NCBI GenBank assembly: GCA_964035575.1
Contig: OZ037844.1
Span: 682,001-746,000, forward strand
Reading direction: 5' to 3'
Source: Rhynchopus sp. YZ270_cl-10
Taxonomy: Eukaryota
Length of the DNA stretch: 64,000 bases
Part shown: positions 11,887-22,917 of the stretch, one piece after another
Position numbering within the stretch: the stretch's first letter is position 1
Layout of the letters: each line of letters opens with the position of its first letter
Notes under the pieces: model-generated
The model's database searches: none
What the model was told of the DNA's origin: nothing
What the model saw: only the letters and a program-made list of their open reading frames with translations
Made by a program: the position numbers and the translations under genes

Positions 11887-12207
11887 GCAGAAGGGGGGGA
11901 AGGGGGAGGGGAGGGGAGGGGGTCTGAGAAGGGTGGTGATTGTGCACGGCGGGGTCCACACACCCGAGGGTCCGTAAATTTTACGGACCCTCTTTACGGA
12001 CCCTCAAGTGCGGACCCGGGTCCGTAATTACGGACCCTAGGGTCCGTAATTACGGACCCTAGGGTACGTAATTACGTGGTCTAAGGTGGGAAATCACTGT
12101 TTGGATGTGTGACTGCTGGTCGAAAAGCCCTGGGAGCAAACCGAGTGGTACACAGGTACCACATGATAGACCATGATCATGTGGGCCTATCCCAAGTTAC
12201 ATACCGA

Positions 12208-12554
12208 AAAAAGTCGTGAGCTCGGTTAGTTGTCAAAGACGTCTTCCACCATGCACTGAGGAGATAATGATCCAACAATTTACAAGAAAGATTACTTAAC
12301 CTACTGCTGGAAATTGCCAGGTCGTAGTAACACACAAAGTGTGCCTCCGTTCGGGAAGACCGGATATTCTAGAGACCAAAAAGGCCTCAAGAATATCTTC
12401 CGGTAGTCAAGGTATAACCGAATGAACGGCCCAAGACCCCCGTGGAGAAGTTAAATGTTGTAATGCTATCAAGTACAAACTGCGAACACTGTCTTACCCT
12501 CCTCAATACATGGTGGAATATTTCTTTGACAACAAACCGAGCTCAAGAGTTTTT
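12208..12554. mobile_element. Nested fold-back/MITE-like element; truncated duplicate at 14823-15109
   Basis: ~55-bp imperfect inverted repeats (TGAGCTCGGTT.GTTGTCAAAGA...CCACCATG.A.TGAGGAG). The ~285-bp core recurs near-identically at 14823. Confidence 0.7.
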
Positions 12555-13706
12555 AAACTTCCCTGAGGGAATGCGAGACGCAAAATTTACCACCAGACCC
12601 TGTCTTCGTGCACCTTCGGTGCAACGCTGCAGACAGGCCAAACTGCGTTGGACTCAGAGGAATGCCTGCTGTGCAGTGTATCAATGAGAACCAAGTCCCA
12701 GCAACAAGGGGCGCCTTTTGGCGGGCGTTGTTGAGGGTGTTTGGGGTGCAAAGTTTTCCACAATTTTGATGCGCGGGTACAGAAGTGTTGTCTTGTTCTT
12801 TCATCTTTAGGAATGTAAATGTCAATCGCGTTTAACTACCACTAGGGCTTGTTCAGTGAACCCACAAGGGGTCGAAGGGGGTTGGTTATCCCATAGCTAT
12901 CAAAGGTTGTGTCGACCAGGCTAATCCACTATGTTACGCTGTACGTTGTTAAATCCGAAGAAATAACACTTTAGCAGCCGCAGGAAGTTTGTTAAAAAGA
13001 GTGCCTCACGCTACACAAACCACCACCCGCGATTGACTTAGATGTTATAACAAAGAGAATTCAGAACAAAACAACACCCTGCCCCATACACACTAAATTG
13101 TCATGCTTATGCCTGGGCCAAAATTACTGTTGACCAAAAAGGCAACAAGACCACCCACAAGGAGTGTGAATTGTGCACTGGTTTTCTGGGGGAACGCAAT
13201 ATTTTCTTGTGTCTAGTCCTCCGCAAGCAGAGGACAGACTTTCCGGAAGGTTTCCAAAGTCGAATTTCTTGCACTAGCCATGCTCCCTTGGTTAATGGCT
13301 ATAGCAGTGACTGACTAAGTGTACCCACCCCCCTCCACCCAGATCTTCGTCCGCAAACTCAGAATAGATTGATGCGGGTAGATTTTGAGTTGTTGAATGT
13401 CGGACCGCGGTGAAGCTTCTCATCGCAATCGCGGGTGCAGTTCAGACTTCACGATCCTGTATAAGTGTAAATGTGGGGTGTGATTAAGTTATGGTATACA
13501 AACGTAGTAGTCGGGAAAGGTGAGGTTAATAAAAAAGGCTATTTATTGCCGTGAAATAAGATAGATTTTTTCCACGCTACAGGTCGAGAGAGTGACCTGC
13601 TGCACAAATGGTTCGAGTGAAGCGAGGTGAATTATGTGAAGCAGGTAACGAGCGCCTGTGGAACCAAATAGAAACGTAACACTCATCACACGATAAAACC
13701 CATGGG

Positions 13707-13780
13707 AGAGGTTGTGGTGAAACGCACACACCTCGACCTGAGGAGTGGCTCTGCAGCGCGGTTCGTCCCCAGAACCGCAA
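13707..13780 (+). repeat. tRNA-like dispersed repeat, copy 2
   Basis: Degenerate cloverleaf-like layout: GAGGTTG-TG-GTGAAACGCACACAC...CTGAGGA...GCGGTTCGTCCCCAG-AACCGCA. Confidence 0.4.
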
Positions 13781-14034
13781 GTGTGTTCAAAATGCTTTGT
13801 TTCTATTTCCTCCTTCATGTCATGAGGTGACACAAAATGATTGGTGCGTAAAAAAATAGCTATTTAATAGTGTGAACATTACGCGTTTATTTCGAGTTGA
13901 AAACACGAACAAGTTGAAATATGCGGCATTTTTTTGTTCAATCTTCACTAGTAACTGAAAGTTAAACATAATTACATACCTTGTCTTCCCCGTAACCTGC
14001 GCCTTCGCTGCTTTTAAGGTGCTTTCTCTGGGTG

Positions 14035-14502
14035 CCCAGTACCCAGTACCCAGTACCCAGTACCCAGTACCCAGTACCCAGTACCCAGTACCCAGTACCC
14101 AGTACCCAGTACCCAGTACCCAGTACCCAGTACCCAGTACCCAGTACCCAGTACCCAGTACCCAGTACCCAGTACCCAGTACCCAGTACCCAGTACCCAG
14201 TACCCAGTACCCAGTACCCAGTACCCAGTACCCAGTACCCAGTACCCAGTACCCAGTACCCAGTACCCAGTACCCAGTACCCAGTACCCAGTACCCAGTA
14301 CCCAGTACCCAGTACCCAGTACCCAGTACCCAGTACCCAGTACCCAGTACCCAGTACCCAGTACCCAGTACCCAGTACCCAGTACCCAGTACCCAGTACC
14401 CAGTACCCAGTACCCAGTACCCAGTACCCAGTACCCAGTACCCAGTACCCAGTACCCAGTACCCAGTACCCAGTACCCAGTACCCAGTACCCAGTACCCA
14501 GT
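14035..14502. repeat. Perfect 7-mer tandem array (CCCAGTA)n, about 67 units
   Basis: Directly visible in the sequence. Confidence 0.98.
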
Positions 14503-15639
14503 GTCTTCGAGAACCTAAAAATGCGTTTTGTTGAAATTTTCTGGCTTTTTCTGAACTTTTCCCAGCTACTTTTCTGGTCGTAGCCGACTTTTCTGATCGA
14601 GTAGCTATTTTCACTTTTCTGGTGTATGAGTAGGTTTTCTGGGTGGGAGACTGGATTCTGGGTACAGTGGTGTGTCTGGGCACCCAGGCACCTGGGTACT
14701 GGTGTATGTTCGGCCCAGGTACCCCGGTACACGGTACACTGGTGTACAAGGAAAAAAGTCGTGAAAAAAGCAACCACAGCTCCACATGACAAACACAAAA
14801 GTGTCCAGTCACGTGGGGCATTCATGCACTGAGGAGATAATGATCCAACAATTTACAAGAAAGATTACTTAACCTACTGCTGGAAATTGCCAGGTCGTAG
14901 TAACACACAAAGTGCGCCTCCGTTCGGGAATACCGGATATTCTAGAGACCAAAAAGGCCTCAAGAATATCTTCCGCTGGTCAAGGTATAACCGAGTGAAC
15001 GGCCCAAGACCCCCGTGGAGAAGTTAAATGTTGTAATGCTATCAAGTACAAACTGCGACCACTGTCTTACCCTCCTCAATGCATGGTGGAAGATGTCTTT
15101 CACAACAAATATCCTGTACACAGGTACACAGATACACAGGTACACAGGTAAAACCCGTTAAAATTGTGTGTGAAAGTTAAAAATAGCTATATTTGCATTT
15201 TTCGCCCAGCATTGAGGACACATAGGCCCACCAAGGGCAATTTTGTGATGTCAAAAAAAATTTTTTTTCGGCCCAAAAATTGACTTGTTTTCGGTAAAAC
15301 CCACTAAAAATTGTGGTACTCTAAACTGCGTTTTAGACCCCCACAGATGCTCAAAAGTGCCAAATTTTGCTTTTAATGGCCTCAAATCGTCCAAATTAGC
15401 CCTAAACGGGGGCAAAAAAAAATTTTCGAGAGTCCCTTTCCCTGGGAGGCTCCGTAATTACGTACCCTAGGGTCCGTAATTACGGACCCTAGGGTCCGTA
15501 ATTACGTACCCTAGGGTACGTAATGACACTCCGTAAAGAGGGAGTGTCCTAACATGCCGTTTTACGGACCCTCGGGGTGTGCGGACCCCGCCGTGTGTGA
15601 GATAAAAAATGGAGCGTTTTTTTAAAATATGAAAAAATG

Positions 15640-17267
15640 GGGGGCTCCCTAAAAAGGAGTATTTTGGATAAAAAGGTTCAAAAAGCGCGTGGTTTCTGGG
15701 TCAAAAAAGAGGGAAAAAATAGTGAGGGGAGTTGGGTCCAGTCATAGGGGGTATAGCATATTTTCTGGAAAATTCTTCAAAAAAACGACGATTTTTGCTG
15801 GGCACAATGCAAATTTCAGAAAAATCCCAATTTTCGACTGGTTGAGCAAATTATGGCCCACCCACCCCGATTGTGTGTCAAAAACAGACTTCAGAATGTT
15901 TCTAGAAAGCATTACCCTTATCAGAGGGCGCAGTGTCCGACAAGGGTCACAGACAGAACGCGATTTAATTGGGGTCAAACGCCGAAGGAAAAGGAAGGAT
16001 GCAGTATGGCGAGAGAATAAAAGTAGCGCACCGTGCGCCTTGGGCGCAAGCTTGCAACCCACACTTCGCGTGACATAGTTTGGCACTAAAAACGTGCAAT
16101 TTTGAGCGCAATTTTTAGAAATGTTGCGTACCGTGGCTTCGCCATGGGTGCCATGACCGCCGTTTCTTTTGTAAATGTATTGAGATTACTGATACTGCGT
16201 GTGCCCAGTGCAAATATCAATGTAGTGTCGAACTCCGCAGTAGGATAACCGAGGAATTCTCACATTCTGCCGGAGGCCCCGAACGAGCTGGGTTGGGCTC
16301 GACCGAGTAATGACCGAGTTTCAGCGAAAACCACCAAAACCTATATTCCCCTGGGGTTTAGTTCTGCGACAGCTGAGATGTGTAAAAAAACACCACTATT
16401 CTGCCTCAGTACAGGTCCCAACCTGCTTGTTCGTTTTTCTTTTCAGACGGTCACTCAATTTTTCGACTCGCTGCGCTCGCGGACAAACCATCAACCCCCC
16501 CACGATTTCCTAAAAACCTGACAGCTAGCATCAGGCCTGCGCGGAAAAATCTCAAAAACGGGAGAGAAAAATAAAACGAAAAAAAATCTCGGATTTTCAG
16601 CGAAAAGAAGGATCCACCCTGCACCGGGGAGAGAGAAAGGTAACGCTTCCGCCTCGTCGCAAAATCGTTAGTGCGTTCGCACTGCTCACACTTGTACTGA
16701 ACCCGTAAATGCCAGACGTCGTCCGTGTTCACGTTTTAGGGAGCCCCCTTGGATAAATAACTAATGCGGTTAGGTATGCACTAGAATTCCGAACTGCGCC
16801 GCAGGCCCCCAATTGCATAGGGGGGTCTGGGGGGCGGGTTTGCGGGTTTGCGCTTTTTTTTTGGACTTTCGGGCCAGAAAAATCGAAAATTTGGGTTGAA
16901 ATGGGCATTTTCCTAAGTAAAAACCACGAAATTTCGGGTGCGCGAAACCACGTTTTAGACCCCCACAAATGCTCAAAAGTGTCAAATTCTGGTTTTAACG
17001 GCCTCAAATCGTCGAAATTAGCCCTATATAGGCGGGAAAAAAAATTTGCGAGAGTCCCTTTCTATAAGTCAAAATAGCTGGAAAGTGGGGTGGGAGGGTC
17101 CGTAGTCCGAGGGTCCGTAAACATTTGAAAACATACGAAAACATGTGTTTTTCCCAGTTTTGGCTGGCAAAAAACATTTTTTTCCCCTTTGTATCTCAGT
17201 TTTGGCAAAGGTAAAAAACACTTTTTGAACTTTTTTGCGATTTTTTAACATGTTTTAGGGAGCCCCC
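15640..17267. mobile_element. PIF/Harbinger-like non-autonomous element
   Basis: TIR GGGGGCTCCCTAAAA / TTTTAGGGAGCCCCC; 3-bp TSD ATG (15637-39, 17268-70); extra internal right-TIR copy at 16734-16748. Confidence 0.65.
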
Positions 17268-17759
17268 ATGGGAGTTTTTGTCGTTCTATTTTAGGGTTAG
17301 AGAAAAGAAAAAGCAAGAAAAGAAGAAGAAAAAAAAACACCCAACCTTTGTGTAAATATTGTAAATTGTTAGGGTAAAATCTCCTCCTGGGTTATTCCAA
17401 AGTTTTTTTTCATCTTACAGAATTGAACGTATTTGAGAGGGTCAACACTTTTTGAAATGAAAGTGCAGCTTTTTGCAAACCACCTCTAGACGGACGGGGG
17501 GGAATCCCGAACTTTGCATCAGAAAAAAAATCAAAAAATGCGCACTCATAACAAAACATCCCCCCTTTTTTTGCCCCACACCGGAAGATGTATAGACAAC
17601 ATCCTTTCACCACCTCATTTCTCTGTATCATTCATTCACACCCTAATCACCGAAGTTGGAAGACTGGAAAGAAGAAGGTCACGTTCCTTCGTGCATTTTG
17701 GTATCATGCTGGACTTATTATTCTTGCTTGTATTGTTACGTTTATAGTGCACCACAACA

Positions 17760-20700
17760 TCAGACCCTATTCAATAACCACTCTGCACGACTAGCAAGCG
17801 AGCGTGCCTTGACCCACTCCTTCTTCTGCTTTGACCGCCGCATCGCGGTCTCCCACAGCTGCGTACCTTCTTCCACTACACGGTGTACTATGCTGCGCCC
17901 CTCCTCCACCACCCCAGCACGCCACGACACCTCAAGCGAGCTGAGCATGCGGACTAACGCGCCCAACGCCTGCCTGAGCAGCACTACGTCGTTCCACCCC
18001 ACCGCATCCACCACCACGAGAACAAGCTTCCCGGAGCCTTGCTGATACACAAAATTCTTGGTAAGAAGCGACGGCGCCTCTGCCATCACGCAGGTAATCG
18101 CCACAGCACGCTTCAAGATCTGCCTCTCCCCTACATGCTCCAGGGCACGCCGCACCACCCAAGACTGCATGCTAGGCTGCTGCTGGATGAGCCCAGCTTT
18201 GATCGCTGCAGCCACCTTCGCCACTGCAGTCAGAACCTGCAGGGTAATGGTCGGCCCCCGATGTGCCCTCAAAAACGCCTCCAAAAGCGAATGCGAAAAC
18301 TCTATTGGGGACGAAGGCGAGACACTCCCGAGGCTGTTCCACAATGAAATGTACGCCAAGGTGACGGCTTCATCTTGGACGTGGAGATGCGTCACAGTGG
18401 TCGCATCTGGGAGCGAAAACTGCTGGAGAAACTCACAATGCCTCGGCAAATGAAACGCGGCATGCAGATACAACAGAAATATGTAAAACACCAAATGCTT
18501 TTTCCCTCTCTTCTTCATGAGCTGATGGTGCGGTGCGTCTGCATGGGCGCAGGTCGTTAATGCAACGCACTTTGCCTTCTTATGCGATGACAACGCTATG
18601 GCGCAAGCAGTGATCTCCGCCACCACAGGGTTTTCCAGCTGCATCATCAGCCACGATGCCTTCGCTTCCGAGAGCCGCTTCATGCATATTATCTGTTTGT
18701 ACTGCACGAAGAGGGCCCAGAGGTCTGCGTATTCCTGCTCAATCATTACCTTCCCCATTTCTTCGTGCGATTCTAGCAAGGCAAAGCCGGCAGAGAAGGT
18801 CATCCACGACAACACCCACTGCGACATCTCATATCGTTGCAGAAGACGTGCCTCAAGCTCTCCGATAAGGAGAAACGATCGTGCCTCGTCTTTAATGATT
18901 TGATTTGCTGTAAAAACACCGTTTTTACAGTTTTGTAGTACCTTAGTGGGGATACGCCGTGCTTCCTCTGTACTATTGCATTTCAACTGTGTTGATATAA
19001 TGTTTTCTATGCTAATAAACGCTTTGGCGAGATCAGAAAGCGGTGTAAAAGTGGTAGGCTGTGCCCCAGGCTGTTCCACCGCGATGCACAGTGCATTCCC
19101 TACGCAAGGTAGAAAGCAGGAGAAGGTGACCCGAAAGGGTGTGTCTGCAGGGACAATAATCTCGCTGAGGGTGTTTTCGGCCCCTCCGAGGGCCTGAAGC
19201 TTTTGGGTCATGGTTGCGGTGCCGTTGTTGATGTTCTTGCTTTCTGCCTGAAAAGGAAGCAAACGGCGTTCTTCGAGCATCTGAAGACGTTCTCCTTCCT
19301 CGATTTTGGCTTGCTTTTGGGAACTGTATTTGGATACTCCGACGTCGATGACATTGCTTACTTCGTCTTCGAAGGGTTCGATGCAGACGACTACTCCTTC
19401 AAACCCATCTGCAGCCTCCAGCTTTGTTGTTGCACGATGTGTTAGATGGCCGGTACTGCTTGCTTTGTCTGTGTCGGGTGTCGCTTCGTGCGTTTCCCCT
19501 TCAGGAGCACGAAGATGATAGACCCGCAGTGCAGACTGCGCACCACCACGCTTTGCCATCGGATTGGCCGCAGCAGATGCAGGAACGTACCGAACTATTA
19601 AGTTTGTACCTTCTGAGAGATGGCTGTTTCCTACACATTTTTGGTAATGCGAAAGGTACTGAAGGAGATCCAAGTCAGCAGCGCATGAAGTAAAGTAAGG
19701 TAAACGCAGTGTCGCACCGATCGGGAATTTGTCGTCAATGAGTGCGGCAGTAGCAGAGGGGTCACGACGAAGGCAGGATGTGGTTGCGACCATAATGTGT
19801 GGTAGTTTGCAGTATTTGAAGACGACGGATCGGTTTGCTTGCACAGCGGAAATTCGCGGGAGTCTTTCTAACGCGCCGTGAATAACACCCGACAGAACAT
19901 CAAGTTTGTGTTGTCCACGAATTTCATTAGAATCCGATTCAGCCTTTGCAACAGCATGCTGCCCAAGCAACGTTGAAATTTGAGTCTCGCAAGGAACCAA
20001 TCCCCCTTTCCCCCCTCCGCCTCCGGCCTTAATTTTTTCGATGAGGAAGAGGACTTCCTTGAGCACCTCTGGGGAGAGTTGAAATGAGTTAGAAAGATCC
20101 GATGCGTGGAGGGAAAGGAATTGGGCACCGGTGAGACCGAGTTGTTTGATGGAGGGGGCGACTTCATCTAGTTTGAGCGCAAGATTGTGGAGATTTTCGG
20201 AGAAACGCTGTGCATTCCAGTCGTGAATCCCTGAATAGTGTGTTTGAAAAGTAACCAAGGTATGGTACAACCACAACGCAGCGCCATCATGAGGTAACGT
20301 AGAAGGCAGCTTATCAAAACGCTCCGCAACATTCCTCCAAAGCCTTTTGTTATCCCTCTCCGTTTTCGCCCTCTCGCGGAGCCATCCCCCTATCTGCGTT
20401 TTATCCGATAGAACCACCAGCTCTTCCTTCTCCTTGGATCGTCTTCTTAGTGTGGGAGCTCTTTTCGAAAAGATGGGAGAAATATTATTTGAAATCTTTG
20501 GAACAGCAGCAAGCGTTTTGCGCGCATTGGATAAACGCTGTTGGCAGGAGCTATGTCGGGTGTCGGGCAGGGTGGTGCCGGACATTGAGTTTGTAGAGAG
20601 ACGTGGGGAGGTAGGTGCGGAGGTGTCGGTGGCGCGTAGAGGGGTGTTGTCGCGTCCGGTGGAGGGGCGGCGCTGTTCGAGGGTTTCGCGCTCGATGTTG

Positions 20701-20804
20701 CTCGCAAAAGGGCTTTCACCATGATTTAGAAGACCGTTCTGCATATTGACCTGCAGTATCAAAACAGCATCGCGCACTTCCATATGACAACTGAGGGCTG
20801 CCAT
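17760..20804 (-). CDS. ~1014-aa protein with a SAM-like domain and a divergent ADP-ribosyltransferase-like domain
   Basis: Long ORF, first ATG at 20804. SAM pattern (DWNAQRF...LGLTGAQFLSLHASDL). ART-like motifs GALERLP..VFKY..FPIGATLRLPYFTSCA..SEIIVPADTPFRV. Confidence 0.75.
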   Translation of the reverse strand: MAALSCHMEVRDAVLILQVNMQNGLLNHGESPFASNIERETLEQRRPSTGRDNTPLRATDTSAPTSPRLSTNSMSGTTLPDTRHSSCQQRLSNARKTLAAVPKISNNISPIFSKRAPTLRRRSKEKEELVVLSDKTQIGGWLRERAKTERDNKRLWRNVAERFDKLPSTLPHDGAALWLYHTLVTFQTHYSGIHDWNAQRFSENLHNLALKLDEVAPSIKQLGLTGAQFLSLHASDLSNSFQLSPEVLKEVLFLIEKIKAGGGGGKGGLVPCETQISTLLGQHAVAKAESDSNEIRGQHKLDVLSGVIHGALERLPRISAVQANRSVVFKYCKLPHIMVATTSCLRRDPSATAALIDDKFPIGATLRLPYFTSCAADLDLLQYLSHYQKCVGNSHLSEGTNLIVRYVPASAAANPMAKRGGAQSALRVYHLRAPEGETHEATPDTDKASSTGHLTHRATTKLEAADGFEGVVVCIEPFEDEVSNVIDVGVSKYSSQKQAKIEEGERLQMLEERRLLPFQAESKNINNGTATMTQKLQALGGAENTLSEIIVPADTPFRVTFSCFLPCVGNALCIAVEQPGAQPTTFTPLSDLAKAFISIENIISTQLKCNSTEEARRIPTKVLQNCKNGVFTANQIIKDEARSFLLIGELEARLLQRYEMSQWVLSWMTFSAGFALLESHEEMGKVMIEQEYADLWALFVQYKQIICMKRLSEAKASWLMMQLENPVVAEITACAIALSSHKKAKCVALTTCAHADAPHHQLMKKRGKKHLVFYIFLLYLHAAFHLPRHCEFLQQFSLPDATTVTHLHVQDEAVTLAYISLWNSLGSVSPSSPIEFSHSLLEAFLRAHRGPTITLQVLTAVAKVAAAIKAGLIQQQPSMQSWVVRRALEHVGERQILKRAVAITCVMAEAPSLLTKNFVYQQGSGKLVLVVVDAVGWNDVVLLRQALGALVRMLSSLEVSWRAGVVEEGRSIVHRVVEEGTQLWETAMRRSKQKKEWVKARSLASRAEWLLNRV

Positions 20805-21201
20805 TTTGAGAAAAAAGGGAAAAGAGGAGAAGGAGGATGGAGAGGGGTGCAAATCTGCCGGTTATTTTTCTCCGGGGGGAACCCCGGGAATAGGGGGGGA
20901 AAGGGTTGCAGGGGGGGGAAAGAGGAGAGAGAGAAAGAAAGATGGCCCAGCTCTTGTTGTGTGAATTTGGCAGTGTTCTGTGGGGTAGGGGGTGGATTGC
21001 TTGAGTAAAGTAGAGTTGAAATACAAAGCCCTCTCGTGACAGTGTGACAATAAATAGGATATTGTGAATACAGGCAAATCCGTTCGTTGATGTACGTATG
21101 ATGCCAGCCGGATTGGCTAATGAGGTGGACAGCAGCGGAAAGTGGAAGGGAGGGAGGGAAGGGGAAGGAAAGCAGAAAGTTCAGAAGGAGGGGGCAATGT
21201 A

Positions 21202-21576
21202 CCGTAATCGTAAAAATTCTGGGGCGTAAAAATGTCCCAAGTTTCAGATTTTCCCCCAATTGTCCCAGTTTTGTTACGTCCCAGAATTGTTCGGGCGGTT
21301 TTCCGGGTACTTGTCAATTTTTTGGGGGTGTGGGTGGGGGGTGCGGCTGGTTGGCGGAGGGATCATAACCGGCCCAAGTATGTATATTTTTGTTTGTTGG
21401 ACATGTTTGGGTTTGCACCGAAGTGCATGGGTGAGGGAGGGGGGAAGGTCACACGTAAATATTCTGGGACGTAAAAATGTCCCAAGTTTTAAAAAATCCA
21501 AAATGTCCCAGTTTTGTTACGTCCCAGAATATTTACGTCCCAGAATACTTACGCCCCAGAAATCTTACGATTACGG
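21202..21576. mobile_element. TA-flanked MITE (Tc1/mariner/pogo-like)
   Basis: TIRs CCGTAATCGTAA(A/G)A(A/T)TTCTGGGGCGTAA; TA TSD; internal repeats of CTGGGACGTAAAAATGTCCCAAG. Confidence 0.85.
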
Positions 21577-21925
21577 TATTAATTTTCCAACTCTGTGTAC
21601 GTTGTCGTTTTAAAAAAAAATACACGACATTGTGCTGCAGCATGTTTTAAAGGTCTAGGTTTAAACACAGTTCTTATTCTACAGATCCTCAGATTCTCCC
21701 CCCTCTGGACTTTTCAAAACCGGGAAAAGGGAACTGATTTAGCCATTTTACCCCTTTTAAAAAAATACACAACCCTCTCGAGCCCCTCAAGGCCCCTCCC
21801 CTCCCCTCCCTCTACCCCCTAACCCCTTTACGCCTGATGTGGACTGCCAATGACATTCCTGAGAAATGACATGATAAAAAAATCCTTTCATGCAATACCA
21901 CATCCAAAGCTTTTTTTTTTTTTAA

Positions 21926-22917
21926 CCCTTTATGGACCAAGAGGATATATATATCCACGAAAATGCTTAACATGGCTTCTACTCAGACTTTTTCAGCGAT
22001 TTTTTTTTTTAGTGGAAAGATTTGATGTGAAATCTTTCCAAAGAAGCAAGATTCAATTTATTTTGACACTCTCATGCACTGTCACCAAATCGAGGCATTT
22101 CCAAATTTTCGACTTTTTCGGGTATATTTTGGGAATAATGTACTACTCTGGCGAGCTTGAGTCATCAGAGGATTCAAACTTTGGTGTGAAGGGAACCATT
22201 TTGTACGGTTTTCAGAACAAAACTAAAATAATGGAAAATATCTGCGACCGGGCAAAGTAACACTCGTCGTAGCAGTTCCTGACCCTGAACTGGCTGTGCC
22301 TCTTCTCCGTGTATTTATTGCCCTTTGTCTTTTGAGGGACATTGTACAAAAGAAGCTGTATCAACACAGTCAAGGTACAGAGACACTGACAGGAGGGTGT
22401 TGGTCGACAACTTCTTCTTGCTTGGGAAACAGGCGGCTAAAAGCAGATTACATGTGCGGGGGATGTGGCGTTCAACACCAGGCCAAGTTGGCCAAAAGCC
22501 CCAAAAGCCCCAACTTTTGTACTGTCCAACCTCTGTACAGTTACGGTATATTTAGCTGGTTGGTACCTTCTCTCCATGCAGTGAGACATTATCTACTAGG
22601 ACTTTTTGATCGATTTTTTTTTCTTTTGAAAGATTTTGAACCGATCTTTCAAATAAAGCCATTTTCGAAAACCGAAAAAACAGGTGCGCAGCCGGAATAA
22701 TTTTTTTCTTCAAAATTTTCAGGGAAAAAATCAACTCCCCTCAATTTTCCATTTTCCATTTTTCTCATTTTATTTCGATTTCTGCTCCATTTGAAAGATC
22801 TGCTCAAAATCTTTCAATTGCGGCCAGGTACGATCAAAAATATGCATCGGATCTCATTTTACCTATGTGAGAGACAATCATAGCAAAACGCAAAATACGG
22901 CCGTGGTCCATAAAGGG
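21926..22917 (+). mobile_element. Internally deleted piggyBac element
   Basis: TTAA|CCCTTTATGGACC...GGTCCATAAAGGG|TTAA. Internal remnants RRVLVDNFF (catalytic DN.F motif) and YMCGGCGV (Cys-rich C-terminal fragment). Confidence 0.9.

Larger units (their letters stand above)
11945..15595. mobile_element. Non-autonomous CMC-like (CACTA/Mirage/Chapaev) DNA transposon with nested content
   Basis: TIRs CACGGCGGGGTCC(A/G)CACACCC(C)GAGGGTCCGTAAA; flanked by TGTG (TG or TGTG TSD); subterminal arrays of the palindrome AGGGTCCGTAATTACGGACCCT at both ends. Confidence 0.8.

Noticed and set aside
11887..11961. N-terminal extension of the lipase ORF (MWTPP...)
   Set aside because: GTG start inside the transposon TIR, followed by a pyrimidine tract; the ATG at 11886 is preferred.
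14035..14502. Possible telomere or CRISPR array
   Set aside because: No spacers, internal position, and the unit differs from the TTAGGG known in euglenozoans.
13820..14825. ORFs with GYWVLGT / PSTQYPV repeats
   Set aside because: Translations of the stop-free 7-mer microsatellite, open in all frames.
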